Assembly: GCA_037431425.1 (NCBI GenBank)
Contig: GCA_037431425.1_4129.5
Origin: a phage
DNA: 21,685 bases
Strand: one strand, 5' to 3'
The notes beneath the pieces are model-generated. The model ran no database searches, was not told where the DNA came from, and was given only the letters and a program-made list of their open reading frames with translations. This document shows positions 6,601 to 14,535 of the stretch, piece after piece. The first letter of the stretch is position 1; each line of letters begins with the position of its first letter. The translations under genes were made by a program, and so were the position numbers.

Positions 6601-6619
6601 ACAAAAGGACTTGACAAAA

Positions 6620-6928
6620 ATGACTATGACCGTTAAACTACTAAACATCAATAACATTGGCCCAGTACTAGCCGTTCTACAAACTGATTCCGCTGAAGCT
6701 GTTGTAGTTAACTACCCAGCACAACTCGGAACTGACGAAAATGGTGAAATCATTCTTCGTGATTATCTAGAGTTTGTCAGTATGGAGAAAAATGTTATTT
6801 TTTATAAATCCAACATTATTAGTGTTAGTGATGCAAATCCTGCATTGGTTGATGCTTATGTTGATGCTATTAAAGCAATCGAAGACACACCAAAAGTTTT
6901 CGTACCAGAGAATAAAATCATTGTATAA
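6620..6928 (+). CDS. hypothetical protein
   Basis: ORF track 6611..6928. ATG 6620 follows AAGGA (6604-6608). Confidence 0.55.
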   Translation: MTMTVKLLNINNIGPVLAVLQTDSAEAVVVNYPAQLGTDENGEIILRDYLEFVSMEKNVIFYKSNIISVSDANPALVDAYVDAIKAIEDTPKVFVPENKIIV

Positions 6929-6940
6929 TAGAGGTATAAA

Positions 6941-7318
6941 ATGGCTGCTAATGACGTTAAAGTAAAAACTATTCAAGCTATCGTAGTACTGAAAGATTCA
7001 ACTCCATCTCCAAAAGAATTGGTAATGGCTGGAATGACAATGCTTCATCAATACAATCCTGAATCACCAAATTATGTTCAAGAATACGAAGCAAAGCAGT
7101 TTAAAGTACATTGGCAGTCATGGATTAAAGATAATGAAATGGAGCAGGTCGTCTATGCTGCTGATGACATTTTTGAATTAGAACAAATTGAATATCTGGC
7201 AGGTCAACAATCAGTTCCATTGAGTATTTTTGGTAATGGTGAGGAAGTTTTAGTTCTAGGTCCATTCACTGCCGATGTAATTACACACTTACTAAGTAAT
7301 TGTGAAAAAATTGGCTAA
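6941..7318 (+). CDS. hypothetical protein
   Basis: 125-aa ORF with AGAGG SD upstream. Confidence 0.6.
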   Translation: MAANDVKVKTIQAIVVLKDSTPSPKELVMAGMTMLHQYNPESPNYVQEYEAKQFKVHWQSWIKDNEMEQVVYAADDIFELEQIEYLAGQQSVPLSIFGNGEEVLVLGPFTADVITHLLSNCEKIG

Positions 7319-7359
7319 ATGCTTAAAATTATCAGGATACCGAAACAATACATTGATGT

Positions 7360-7373
7360 TAAATAATATAAAG
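7360..7373 (+). promoter_or_regulatory. late-promoter-like motif TAAATAATATAAAG
   Basis: 14-mer identical to 14495-14508 (upstream of tail tube gene). Contains TATAAAG, close to the T4 late-promoter core TATAAATA. Confidence 0.3.
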
Positions 7374-7534
7374 TATTGGGTTGACCCATACTTTAATAAT
7401 TCATTGTTAATGTACAGAGATAAAAGTCGAGATTTATACGGAATATATGTTACGCAGTTAATATATGCTATAGATTCAGAACATTTTACTCCGTTGGTAT
7501 ACCTGTACTGTCTTTATAATTCCAAATAACTATT

Positions 7535-7579
7535 AGCACCTCTAAATAATGTATATAAACATTAATGAGGTGCTTTTTT
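7535..7579 (+). terminator. hairpin + T-run overlapping the RBS of the next gene (terminator and/or translational regulator)
   Basis: AGCACCTC (7535-7542) pairs with GAGGTGCT (7567-7574); the 24-nt loop has an inner AATGT/ACATT palindrome; TTTTT 7575-7579 runs into ATG 7580. The 3' arm contains the GAGG Shine-Dalgarno. Confidence 0.4.
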
Positions 7580-8371
7580 ATGTCTTACGATTATATGGGT
7601 GGAAACCCAGATGCTCCTAACTTTGACCATCGTGAAAAACTGAAAGATGTTATCACTCAAATGTTGGGTGCAGGGGCTGTTGAGGTAGAAATTACTGATG
7701 GTCAATTAGAAATTGCAATTGATAATGCTGTATCAAATTACAGAGCGTGGAGTTCTGCTTCTAAAGAAGAAGCATTTTTAAATATGAAATTCTATGATTC
7801 ACAATCTGTATATATGCTCCCAACTGAAGTTGAAATAGTTAAAAAGATTTACCGCTATGGTAATGGTTATTTAAGTTCTGGGTCAGGTAACAGCGTAGAC
7901 CCATTCTCATTGGCATTCACAAATACATATCTATTGACTTCGGCTAGGAATGCAGGTGGATATGATTTAACAACTTATGATTTCAGTTTTCAATTTCAAG
8001 AATTGGTTGGTCGTATGTTTGGACGTGAAATTATATTCCAATTTAACCCAATGACTAAGAAACTTATTATTGACCGTGATATTCGCGGTACAGAAGAAGT
8101 TCTACTACATGTGTATCATAATATTCCAGAACCATTATTGTTCCAACGTCAGCAAAGCTACCCGTGGCTTCGTGATTGGGCATTGTCTGAAGCAATGATT
8201 ATGCTTGGTCGTAACCGTGCTAAGTTTGCTAGTTTGCCTGGACCACAAGGGACATTTTCAATGGATGGTGATACATTAAGAAATGAAGGTATCCAATTAC
8301 AAGAACAACTAAAAGAACAGTTGAAGCGATATAAAGATGGTGGAGAACCACTTGGAATGATTATCGGGTAA
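7580..8371 (+). CDS. hypothetical protein, possibly virion (neck / tail-completion) protein
   Basis: ORF track 7565..8371. ATG 7580 is 9 nt after GAGG; the 7565 ATG lies inside the hairpin. Structural role inferred only from position near sheath/tube genes. Confidence 0.65.
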   Translation: MSYDYMGGNPDAPNFDHREKLKDVITQMLGAGAVEVEITDGQLEIAIDNAVSNYRAWSSASKEEAFLNMKFYDSQSVYMLPTEVEIVKKIYRYGNGYLSSGSGNSVDPFSLAFTNTYLLTSARNAGGYDLTTYDFSFQFQELVGRMFGREIIFQFNPMTKKLIIDRDIRGTEEVLLHVYHNIPEPLLFQRQQSYPWLRDWALSEAMIMLGRNRAKFASLPGPQGTFSMDGDTLRNEGIQLQEQLKEQLKRYKDGGEPLGMIIG

Positions 8372-8397
8372 ATTTTAAACATCAAAAAGAGTACTAT

Positions 8398-10392
8398 ATG
8401 AATAATGAAGAATTGAAAAAACTTTTGTTGTCAAAACATATTAATTCATGGGTACATTTATACAAAGGGGACTCTCATGTGAGGGATCTCCTTTCTATTT
8501 TTGGAATAGAACCAAAAACTGATTTCGAAATATATAAAATTCTATATATGTTCATGAATGATATATCAACAATCCCAACTGCATATTGCGGAAAAAAAGC
8601 AAGATATAAAAATTTTCAAAAAGGATTTTATAAATTTTGCGATGATTATATTATTAATAAAAAAAATACATGTAATGTATGTCATGAAATGTATTATAAA
8701 AATCGAACAAATAAAACAAAATCAACATTAATGGGTATGTATGGTGTATCTAATGTGTCCCAGATCCAAGAAGTAAAGAAAAAGAAAGAAAAAACTAACA
8801 TGGAGCGTTATGGTGTTTCTACTAATTTACAAACATCAGAATCTAAAGAGAAAATCAAACAAACTAATATAGAGCGTTATGGATGTGAATATCCAAACCA
8901 AAACCCTGAAATATTTAATAAAGTAAAAGAGACAAATTTAAAAAAATATGGTGTTGAATTCCAAAGTAAAAGAAATGAAGTAAAAGAGAAAGCAAAAAAT
9001 ACAAATATCTTAAAATACGGTACTGAGTACTCTTTATCATCACCGACGATTCGTGAAAAAATCAATAAAACAAATCTTGAACGATATGGTGGTAACCCAC
9101 TATCAAATAAAATTATCCAAGATAAAATAAAAAATACCAATATATTGAAGTATAATTCATTTTATCCAATGAGCAATTTGGATGTTCAGAAAAAAGTTCA
9201 TAATACAAATGTGGAAAGATATGGTGTAAAACACCCATCCCAGAATAATTCTATTATTGAAAAAATGAAAGAAACCACAAAAAATAGATATGGGGCTGAA
9301 CACTACTCACAAACTGATGAGTATAAAGAGAAAATGTCACTTGCTCATCTAGACGAAAGATATACTATAATTGTTGAAAATATTGATAAAAACTATATTC
9401 CATTATTTGAAAACACAGACCTGATGATGAAAGTTAACACCGATGAATACCCATTTTGGTGTGAATATTGTGATGATTTGTTTTATAGTAAGTACAAAAA
9501 TCATAAAGTGAAATGTAAGTGTCAGAAAAATAATGGTCATTCCTTGAAAGAGAAAGAGTTAGTTGATTATATAAAATCATTAATACCAAATATGGAAATT
9601 ATAGAAAATGACCGTTCAGTACTGAAACCTAAAGAGTTGGATGTGTGTATTCCAGAACTTAAACTAGCTATTGAATTTAATGGTGTTTATTGGCACAATG
9701 ATGAAAATATCAATTCTACTAAACATCAAGATAAGGTATTAGATTGTTTAAAACATGGTGTAAATCTTATTCACATTTATGAAGATGAATGGGATAACCC
9801 ATTAACCAATAAAATTATCAAGGAACGTTTAAAGAATAAACTTCTAGCGTCTAATAGAATTTATGCTAGAAAATGTACTGTTAGAAACATAGACAAACAA
9901 GTAAGTAATAAGTTTGTGAAATCACATCATATCCAAGGTGTTGCACAAGCAAGTATACACATTGGGCTTTACTATGGGTGCGATTTAGTTGCTGTTATGA
10001 CCTTTGGTAAATCAAGGTTTGATAAAAACTATGAATATGAATTAATCAGATACTGTTCATCTGGTACAGTTGTTGGTGGTGCATCAAAATTACTAAAATA
10101 TTTCGAAACCGTATATAATCCACAATCATTGTTGACATATGCTGATATGGATTGGAGTAATGGTAATCTTTACACGGTTCTTGGTTTTGAGTTAGATAGC
10201 TATACAGAACCTGGATATTTTTATTATGACCCACAAACGCACGAGAGAATTTCACGTCAAAAATGTCAAAAACATAAATTGATTAAGAAAGGTCACGATA
10301 TCAACTTAACCGAGAGACAAATTTGCTGTGATGTATTGGGATATTATAAGATTTACAACTCTGGTAATATAAAATACACAAAAAAATATTAA
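8398..10392 (+). CDS. modular nuclease, free-standing homing-endonuclease-like
   Basis: 664 aa. Two Cys clusters (C-x16-C-x10-C-x2-C near residues 64-95; CEYCDD...CKC around residue 350). About nine tandem ~24-aa repeats with core K-x-TN-[ILMV]-[EK]-[RK]-YG. Vsr/DUF559-like PD-(D/E)XK segment (KELDVCIPELKLAIEFNGVYWHND...HGVNLIHIYEDEW). Extra C-terminal domain of unknown fold. Confidence 0.6.
   Translation: MNNEELKKLLLSKHINSWVHLYKGDSHVRDLLSIFGIEPKTDFEIYKILYMFMNDISTIPTAYCGKKARYKNFQKGFYKFCDDYIINKKNTCNVCHEMYYKNRTNKTKSTLMGMYGVSNVSQIQEVKKKKEKTNMERYGVSTNLQTSESKEKIKQTNIERYGCEYPNQNPEIFNKVKETNLKKYGVEFQSKRNEVKEKAKNTNILKYGTEYSLSSPTIREKINKTNLERYGGNPLSNKIIQDKIKNTNILKYNSFYPMSNLDVQKKVHNTNVERYGVKHPSQNNSIIEKMKETTKNRYGAEHYSQTDEYKEKMSLAHLDERYTIIVENIDKNYIPLFENTDLMMKVNTDEYPFWCEYCDDLFYSKYKNHKVKCKCQKNNGHSLKEKELVDYIKSLIPNMEIIENDRSVLKPKELDVCIPELKLAIEFNGVYWHNDENINSTKHQDKVLDCLKHGVNLIHIYEDEWDNPLTNKIIKERLKNKLLASNRIYARKCTVRNIDKQVSNKFVKSHHIQGVAQASIHIGLYYGCDLVAVMTFGKSRFDKNYEYELIRYCSSGTVVGGASKLLKYFETVYNPQSLLTYADMDWSNGNLYTVLGFELDSYTEPGYFYYDPQTHERISRQKCQKHKLIKKGHDINLTERQICCDVLGYYKIYNSGNIKYTKKY
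8716..9351 (+). repeat. in-frame tandem array of ~9 degenerate 69-75-nt repeats inside the nuclease gene
   Basis: Translated repeats: MGMYGVSNV.., TNMERYGVS.., TNIERYGCE.., TNLKKYGVE.., TNILKYGTE.., TNLERYGGN.., TNILKYNSF.., TNVERYGVK.., TKNRYGAEH.., each followed by a variable spacer ending in EK[IMA]. Confidence 0.6.
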
Positions 10393-10398
10393 TAAAAT

Positions 10399-10426
10399 AG
10401 ACTCCATTTTTTTGGGGTCTTTTTTC
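10399..10426 (+). terminator. putative intrinsic terminator
   Basis: AGACTCC / GGGGTCT 7-bp stem (one G-U pair), 8-nt loop, then TTTTTC. Immediately after the nuclease stop. Confidence 0.5.
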
Positions 10427-10434
10427 ATATGTGG

Positions 10435-10443
10435 TGATATAAT
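10435..10443 (+). promoter_or_regulatory. extended -10 promoter element TGaTATAAT
   Basis: Same 9-mer TGATATAAT as at 4809-4817. About 32 nt upstream of ATG 10475. No good -35. Confidence 0.3.
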
Positions 10444-10474
10444 GTTTATTACATTAACGTAAAGGAATAATCCT

Positions 10475-10741
10475 ATGAATACTGAGAAGGTAATGTACAA
10501 TCGATATCGTTGTGGTAGACCAACCCTAGATTATGAATCTACTGAAAATTTCTGGAGATTTATCAAAGATTCAATTGTTGATGTTATCGGTAGAGATCGA
10601 GTAAATGCATGGGCTAGTATATATCGTGACAATAATGGTGAGACATTTTTCATCACATATGTTTCTGTGTATGACAAAAACGAGATGGTTGTGGATTTAC
10701 TTGAATGTTTAGTAGGGAAAGATTTAATAGAAATTGTATAA
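10475..10741 (+). CDS. hypothetical protein
   Basis: 88-aa ORF with AAGGA SD upstream. Confidence 0.55.
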   Translation: MNTEKVMYNRYRCGRPTLDYESTENFWRFIKDSIVDVIGRDRVNAWASIYRDNNGETFFITYVSVYDKNEMVVDLLECLVGKDLIEIV

Positions 10742-10759
10742 AATACATGGAGTAGTATA

Positions 10760-11386
10760 ATGGGAAGACAAATAATTGCAATCAATGGAACTATTGGAAG
10801 TGGGAAAGATACTTTTGCTAAAACATTCATTGAAAATGGATATACAAAAATGTCATTTGCGACCAATCTAAAAGATTCGGTTGCTTCTATTTTTGGTTGG
10901 GATCGTGAAATGCTTGAAGGAACTACCAAGGAAAGTCGAAAGATTCGTGAAGAGCCAGATCAGTACTGGTGTAAAAAGATGGGACGTGATGATGTTTCAC
11001 CTCGTTGGGTACTACAAAATTACGGAACTAATATTTTACGTAAGTATTTTCATAATGATATCTGGGTATTTAGTTTAGAAAAAACAATGCAAGAAATTGA
11101 TGGAAATATTATCATTACTGATTGTCGTTTCCCAAATGAATTAAAAATGATTAGATCACAAAACGGAACTATTATTGAAGTACGTCGTGTACTTCCACAT
11201 TGGTATGGTCTAGCGGCATCATATAATAAAAGAAATATTTCTATTAAACCAGTAGAACTTGAAACAGTCCATGAATCTGAATGGGCTTGGATTGGAATAA
11301 ATTATCCTGATATTATTGTACATAACAATGGTACGCTAGAAGACTTACAGAAAAAAGCATTGGAGATTATTTACTCTAATATGTAA
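10760..11386 (+). CDS. P-loop deoxynucleoside monophosphate kinase (T4 gp1-like)
   Basis: Walker A INGTIGSGKDT at the N-terminus. Overall pattern resembles T4 gene 1 dNMP kinase (SGxxxSGKDT ... ITDCRFPNE). GGAG 7 nt upstream. Confidence 0.55.
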   Translation: MGRQIIAINGTIGSGKDTFAKTFIENGYTKMSFATNLKDSVASIFGWDREMLEGTTKESRKIREEPDQYWCKKMGRDDVSPRWVLQNYGTNILRKYFHNDIWVFSLEKTMQEIDGNIIITDCRFPNELKMIRSQNGTIIEVRRVLPHWYGLAASYNKRNISIKPVELETVHESEWAWIGINYPDIIVHNNGTLEDLQKKALEIIYSNM

Positions 11387-11443
11387 AATATAAACAATAA
11401 AGACTGGTCATTTAAATCCTTCAATAAATAAGACTATACGAAT

Positions 11444-11451
11444 ATAAATTT
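11444..11451 (+). promoter_or_regulatory. late-promoter-like TATAAATT
   Basis: TATAAATT 32 nt upstream of the sheath ATG; one mismatch from the T4 late consensus TATAAATA. Confidence 0.3.
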
Positions 11452-11482
11452 CGAACAACCAATTATTTTTGGAGGATTTAAT

Positions 11483-14146
11483 ATGGCAGGAGATCTACTC
11501 TCACCTGGCGTGTCTATCTCAGTAACTGATAACAGTATGAGTACTGCTGCTGCTCCTGGCACAGTACCACTATTTGTAATTGCTACTGCTGAAGACAAAC
11601 TTGTCCCTGGCAGCAACGCAATTGCCACTGGAACTACTAAAGCAAATGCAGGTAAATTGCAGCTTTTGACATCACAAAAAAGTTCACTTGATACCTACGG
11701 TACACCAATTTTCCAAACGAATAACGGATCTGTTGTACAAGGAGATGAACTAAACGAATATGGTCTACATGCAGTATATTCATACCTAGGAATTACCAAT
11801 CGTGCTTATGTAATTCGTGCTGATATCGACCTAGCACAACTTGCACCACGTGCTGAAGCTCCAACTGGTCCAGTATCCAATGGTACTTTGTGGTTTGATG
11901 CTGCACAATCGCAAGTTGAAGCATATGTAGCTAAAAAAGATAGTCCAAGTAGTTTTTATGATTGGCAACTTAAGCCAGTAACTTTTGTTAGTGCAGAAGA
12001 AATTGATGATGTAAGCCTAGTAGGTTTAAATGTTGATGATTTAGTTCTACGTTATAAGCCAAGTAATGGTCAGATGTTAATGTATAAGCGTACTGCTTCT
12101 GGTTTGGTTCAAATGGAAACCTACTTATCCCCAATTAACAAAGTTCCAGTAGGCCCAACAGTAGAAAAAGGTAACATTTGGATTCGTGATGGATATACAC
12201 AAAACGGTTCTAACTATTTTGGTACTCGTTTTGTTATTAAACGTTATGCATCGTTAACTCAAGTTTGGAATGTTGTACCAACATACACAGGTAATTCATT
12301 TCAAGAAATCGAAGCGAAAAGTGGAGTACTAAACAATAGTTATATCGCATCTCGTTTTGATGAAGATAGTAAGAGTTTCTCTTTCTATATCCAAAGTGCT
12401 AAACTATCAACTATTAGTGCACCAGCGTTGCCATTAGGTGAAACTATCATTGAACAAGCTGGTGATGATAGTTACATGACATTTACTTACTTGAATAAGT
12501 CAGTGAAAGTACTAGCAGTGCCGAATGGTGGTGTTATTAATACACAAACTATCATCAATAATCTGAATTCTAATGCTGAAGTGATTAACGATGGTTTCAA
12601 ATTCAAACGCGAAGCAAATGGTAGTTTAGTTGTTTCTAATATTAAAGGATATAGTTTCAAAATCACACAAAGTGGTGATGACATTTTTGCAGAAGACGAA
12701 CTACAAAAACTAACTGTAAACAGCAACAACTACTCTCAAATTAATATTAAAAACTTTCGTGTCAGTGAATCCGTACCGCGTAATATCGCAAAAGATGGAA
12801 CTTTGTGGTATGATTTCGGAAACTCAGATAATCTAACTGTCACTCTATATGTGGCTGATGTGGCAAATGACAAATGGGAACTTGTACAAGATGAAAACAA
12901 ATATGTACAAGTTGATGAGCCAGCAGCAGACCGTACAATTTGGGTATGCCCACTATCACAAGGTGTTGATGGTTATGAATTCTATCGCAATGTTGATGGG
13001 GAGTGGGTTAAGCTTGATAACACTGATCAAAGCACCCTAAATGGCATGGTTTTCCACGATTTTAATATTCCATCCACTGTTCCAGCAGCAGCATTATATC
13101 AAAATGGTATGTTGGCTGTTGATTTAGGCAACACTGAAGGTGTTGTTAAAAAAATGGTTAATGGTCAATGGGAAGTTGTTAGTGGTGTAAGTATTGATGG
13201 TGCTGGCTTGTTTGGTCGTGCTGCACAACGCAAACTAGTTGTTGAAGCTTTGGCTGCTGTCATTGTAGGCAATGATGAAATTCGTTCTGAATTTATTGAT
13301 TTTAACCTAATTTGTGTACCTGGGTATGTCGAAACACTATCTGATTGTGTAACACTAAACACTGATCGTAAAGAAACTGCATTTATTGTTACCGATGTAC
13401 CAGCACGTTTAGATCCAACTGGAAATGGTAGTGCCGTACAGAAATGGGCAACCAATGCAAATAATGCACCAACTAATGGTCCAGTGGGTAGAACAACTGC
13501 ATATGATTATGCTGCTCAGTATATGGGTTGGTGTTTAAGTACCAATGTTGACGGTATGGAAGTTGCTGTACCTGGAAGTACTATTGCTATGCGTACATAT
13601 GCATACAGTGATAGTGTAAGTTATGTATGGTATCCACCTGCTGGTACAACCCGTGGTGTTGTAACTAATGCTGCAAGTACTGGTTTTATTAATAGTGAAG
13701 GTGAATATCAACCAGTCGTATACAATCAAGGTCAACGTGATGTTATGTATACTAATAACATTAACCCAATTGCGATGCGACCTAATCGTGGATTGTTGGT
13801 ATATGGTGATAAAACACTATCTGCTAACCAAACTTCCGCTTTAAGCCGTGTTAACGTAGCTCGTTTGGTTGTTTATATTCGTCGCCAGCTAGAAATTATT
13901 TCTGAACCATTCCTATTCCGTTTGAATACACCAAGTACTCGTCAGGAATTCAGTGGTGTTGTGAATAGTTTCCTAGCTGAAATTGTACAACAACAAGGTC
14001 TATATAACTTTGCTGTAGTTTGTGATGAAAGCAACAATACTTCTGAACGTATTGATCGTAATGAACTATGGATGGATATTGCAATCCAACCAACTAAGTC
14101 TATCAACTTCATTTATGTACCAATTCGTATTGAGAAGACTCAATAA
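11483..14146 (+). CDS. contractile tail sheath protein (T4 gp18 family)
   Basis: 887 aa. N-terminus MAGDLLSPGVSISVTD matches T4 gp18 MTLLSPGIELKET. C-terminus VVCDESNNTSERIDRNELWMDIAIQPTKSINFIYV matches gp18 VVCDTTNNTPSVIDRNEFVATFYIQPARSINYITL. Strong GGAGG SD. Confidence 0.9.
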   Translation: MAGDLLSPGVSISVTDNSMSTAAAPGTVPLFVIATAEDKLVPGSNAIATGTTKANAGKLQLLTSQKSSLDTYGTPIFQTNNGSVVQGDELNEYGLHAVYSYLGITNRAYVIRADIDLAQLAPRAEAPTGPVSNGTLWFDAAQSQVEAYVAKKDSPSSFYDWQLKPVTFVSAEEIDDVSLVGLNVDDLVLRYKPSNGQMLMYKRTASGLVQMETYLSPINKVPVGPTVEKGNIWIRDGYTQNGSNYFGTRFVIKRYASLTQVWNVVPTYTGNSFQEIEAKSGVLNNSYIASRFDEDSKSFSFYIQSAKLSTISAPALPLGETIIEQAGDDSYMTFTYLNKSVKVLAVPNGGVINTQTIINNLNSNAEVINDGFKFKREANGSLVVSNIKGYSFKITQSGDDIFAEDELQKLTVNSNNYSQINIKNFRVSESVPRNIAKDGTLWYDFGNSDNLTVTLYVADVANDKWELVQDENKYVQVDEPAADRTIWVCPLSQGVDGYEFYRNVDGEWVKLDNTDQSTLNGMVFHDFNIPSTVPAAALYQNGMLAVDLGNTEGVVKKMVNGQWEVVSGVSIDGAGLFGRAAQRKLVVEALAAVIVGNDEIRSEFIDFNLICVPGYVETLSDCVTLNTDRKETAFIVTDVPARLDPTGNGSAVQKWATNANNAPTNGPVGRTTAYDYAAQYMGWCLSTNVDGMEVAVPGSTIAMRTYAYSDSVSYVWYPPAGTTRGVVTNAASTGFINSEGEYQPVVYNQGQRDVMYTNNINPIAMRPNRGLLVYGDKTLSANQTSALSRVNVARLVVYIRRQLEIISEPFLFRLNTPSTRQEFSGVVNSFLAEIVQQQGLYNFAVVCDESNNTSERIDRNELWMDIAIQPTKSINFIYVPIRIEKTQ

Positions 14147-14152
14147 AACATT

Positions 14153-14180
14153 AAGGGAACCTTTTGGTTCCCTTTTTTAT
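14153..14180 (+). terminator. intrinsic terminator
   Basis: GGGAACC-TTTT-GGTTCCC perfect stem followed by TTTTTT. Directly after the sheath stop. Confidence 0.8.
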
Positions 14181-14230
14181 TAGTTAAAATTAAATACGTT
14201 ATATTATCAATTTAGTGATTTGGATATATT

Positions 14231-14377
14231 ATGGAAGAAATACTTAAAAAAACATTACAGGATGTAAGTAATACAGTAAGGACACAAGAAGAATCATTGA
14301 AAATCTTAAAAGAATTTTTGAATAATCTAGAACATTGTCGGTATTATTCGTGGATATACTGTGTACACAAATGGTAA
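14231..14377 (+). CDS. possible small ORF (48 aa) in the sheath-tube intergenic region
   Basis: ATG 14231 to TAA 14375-14377 (MEEILKKTLQDVSNTVRTQEESLKILKEFLNNLEHCRYYSWIYCVHKW). Weak SD, too short for the ORF track, no motif support. Confidence 0.2.
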   Translation: MEEILKKTLQDVSNTVRTQEESLKILKEFLNNLEHCRYYSWIYCVHKW

Positions 14378-14494
14378 ATGGTCTATTGGTATAAATTATA
14401 TAGATTATAACCAAAATAAAAAATACTTGTATTGTGTTAATATAGATTGGTTCCCTTATTGATGACATACTTCAATAAAAGTATTATTAATAGA

Positions 14495-14508
14495 TAAATA
14501 ATATAAAG
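14495..14508 (+). promoter_or_regulatory. late-promoter-like motif TAAATAATATAAAG
   Basis: Identical 14-mer to 7360-7373. 28 nt upstream of the tail tube ATG 14536. Confidence 0.35.
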
Positions 14509-14535
14509 ATGTCATTCCATAATAGGAGAATATAA

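Noticed and set aside
7302-7529. Plus-strand ORF (75 aa) with GTG start overlapping the end of gene 6941-7318
   Set aside because: No RBS, non-ATG start, Asn/Leu/Tyr-rich low-complexity product. More likely AT-rich intergenic sequence; kept as a question in the findings.
10531-10929. Minus-strand ORF (132 aa) overlapping ORF 10475 and the dNMP kinase
   Set aside because: Overlaps two + strand genes with SDs and motif support; no motif or RBS of its own. All supported genes in the window are on the + strand.
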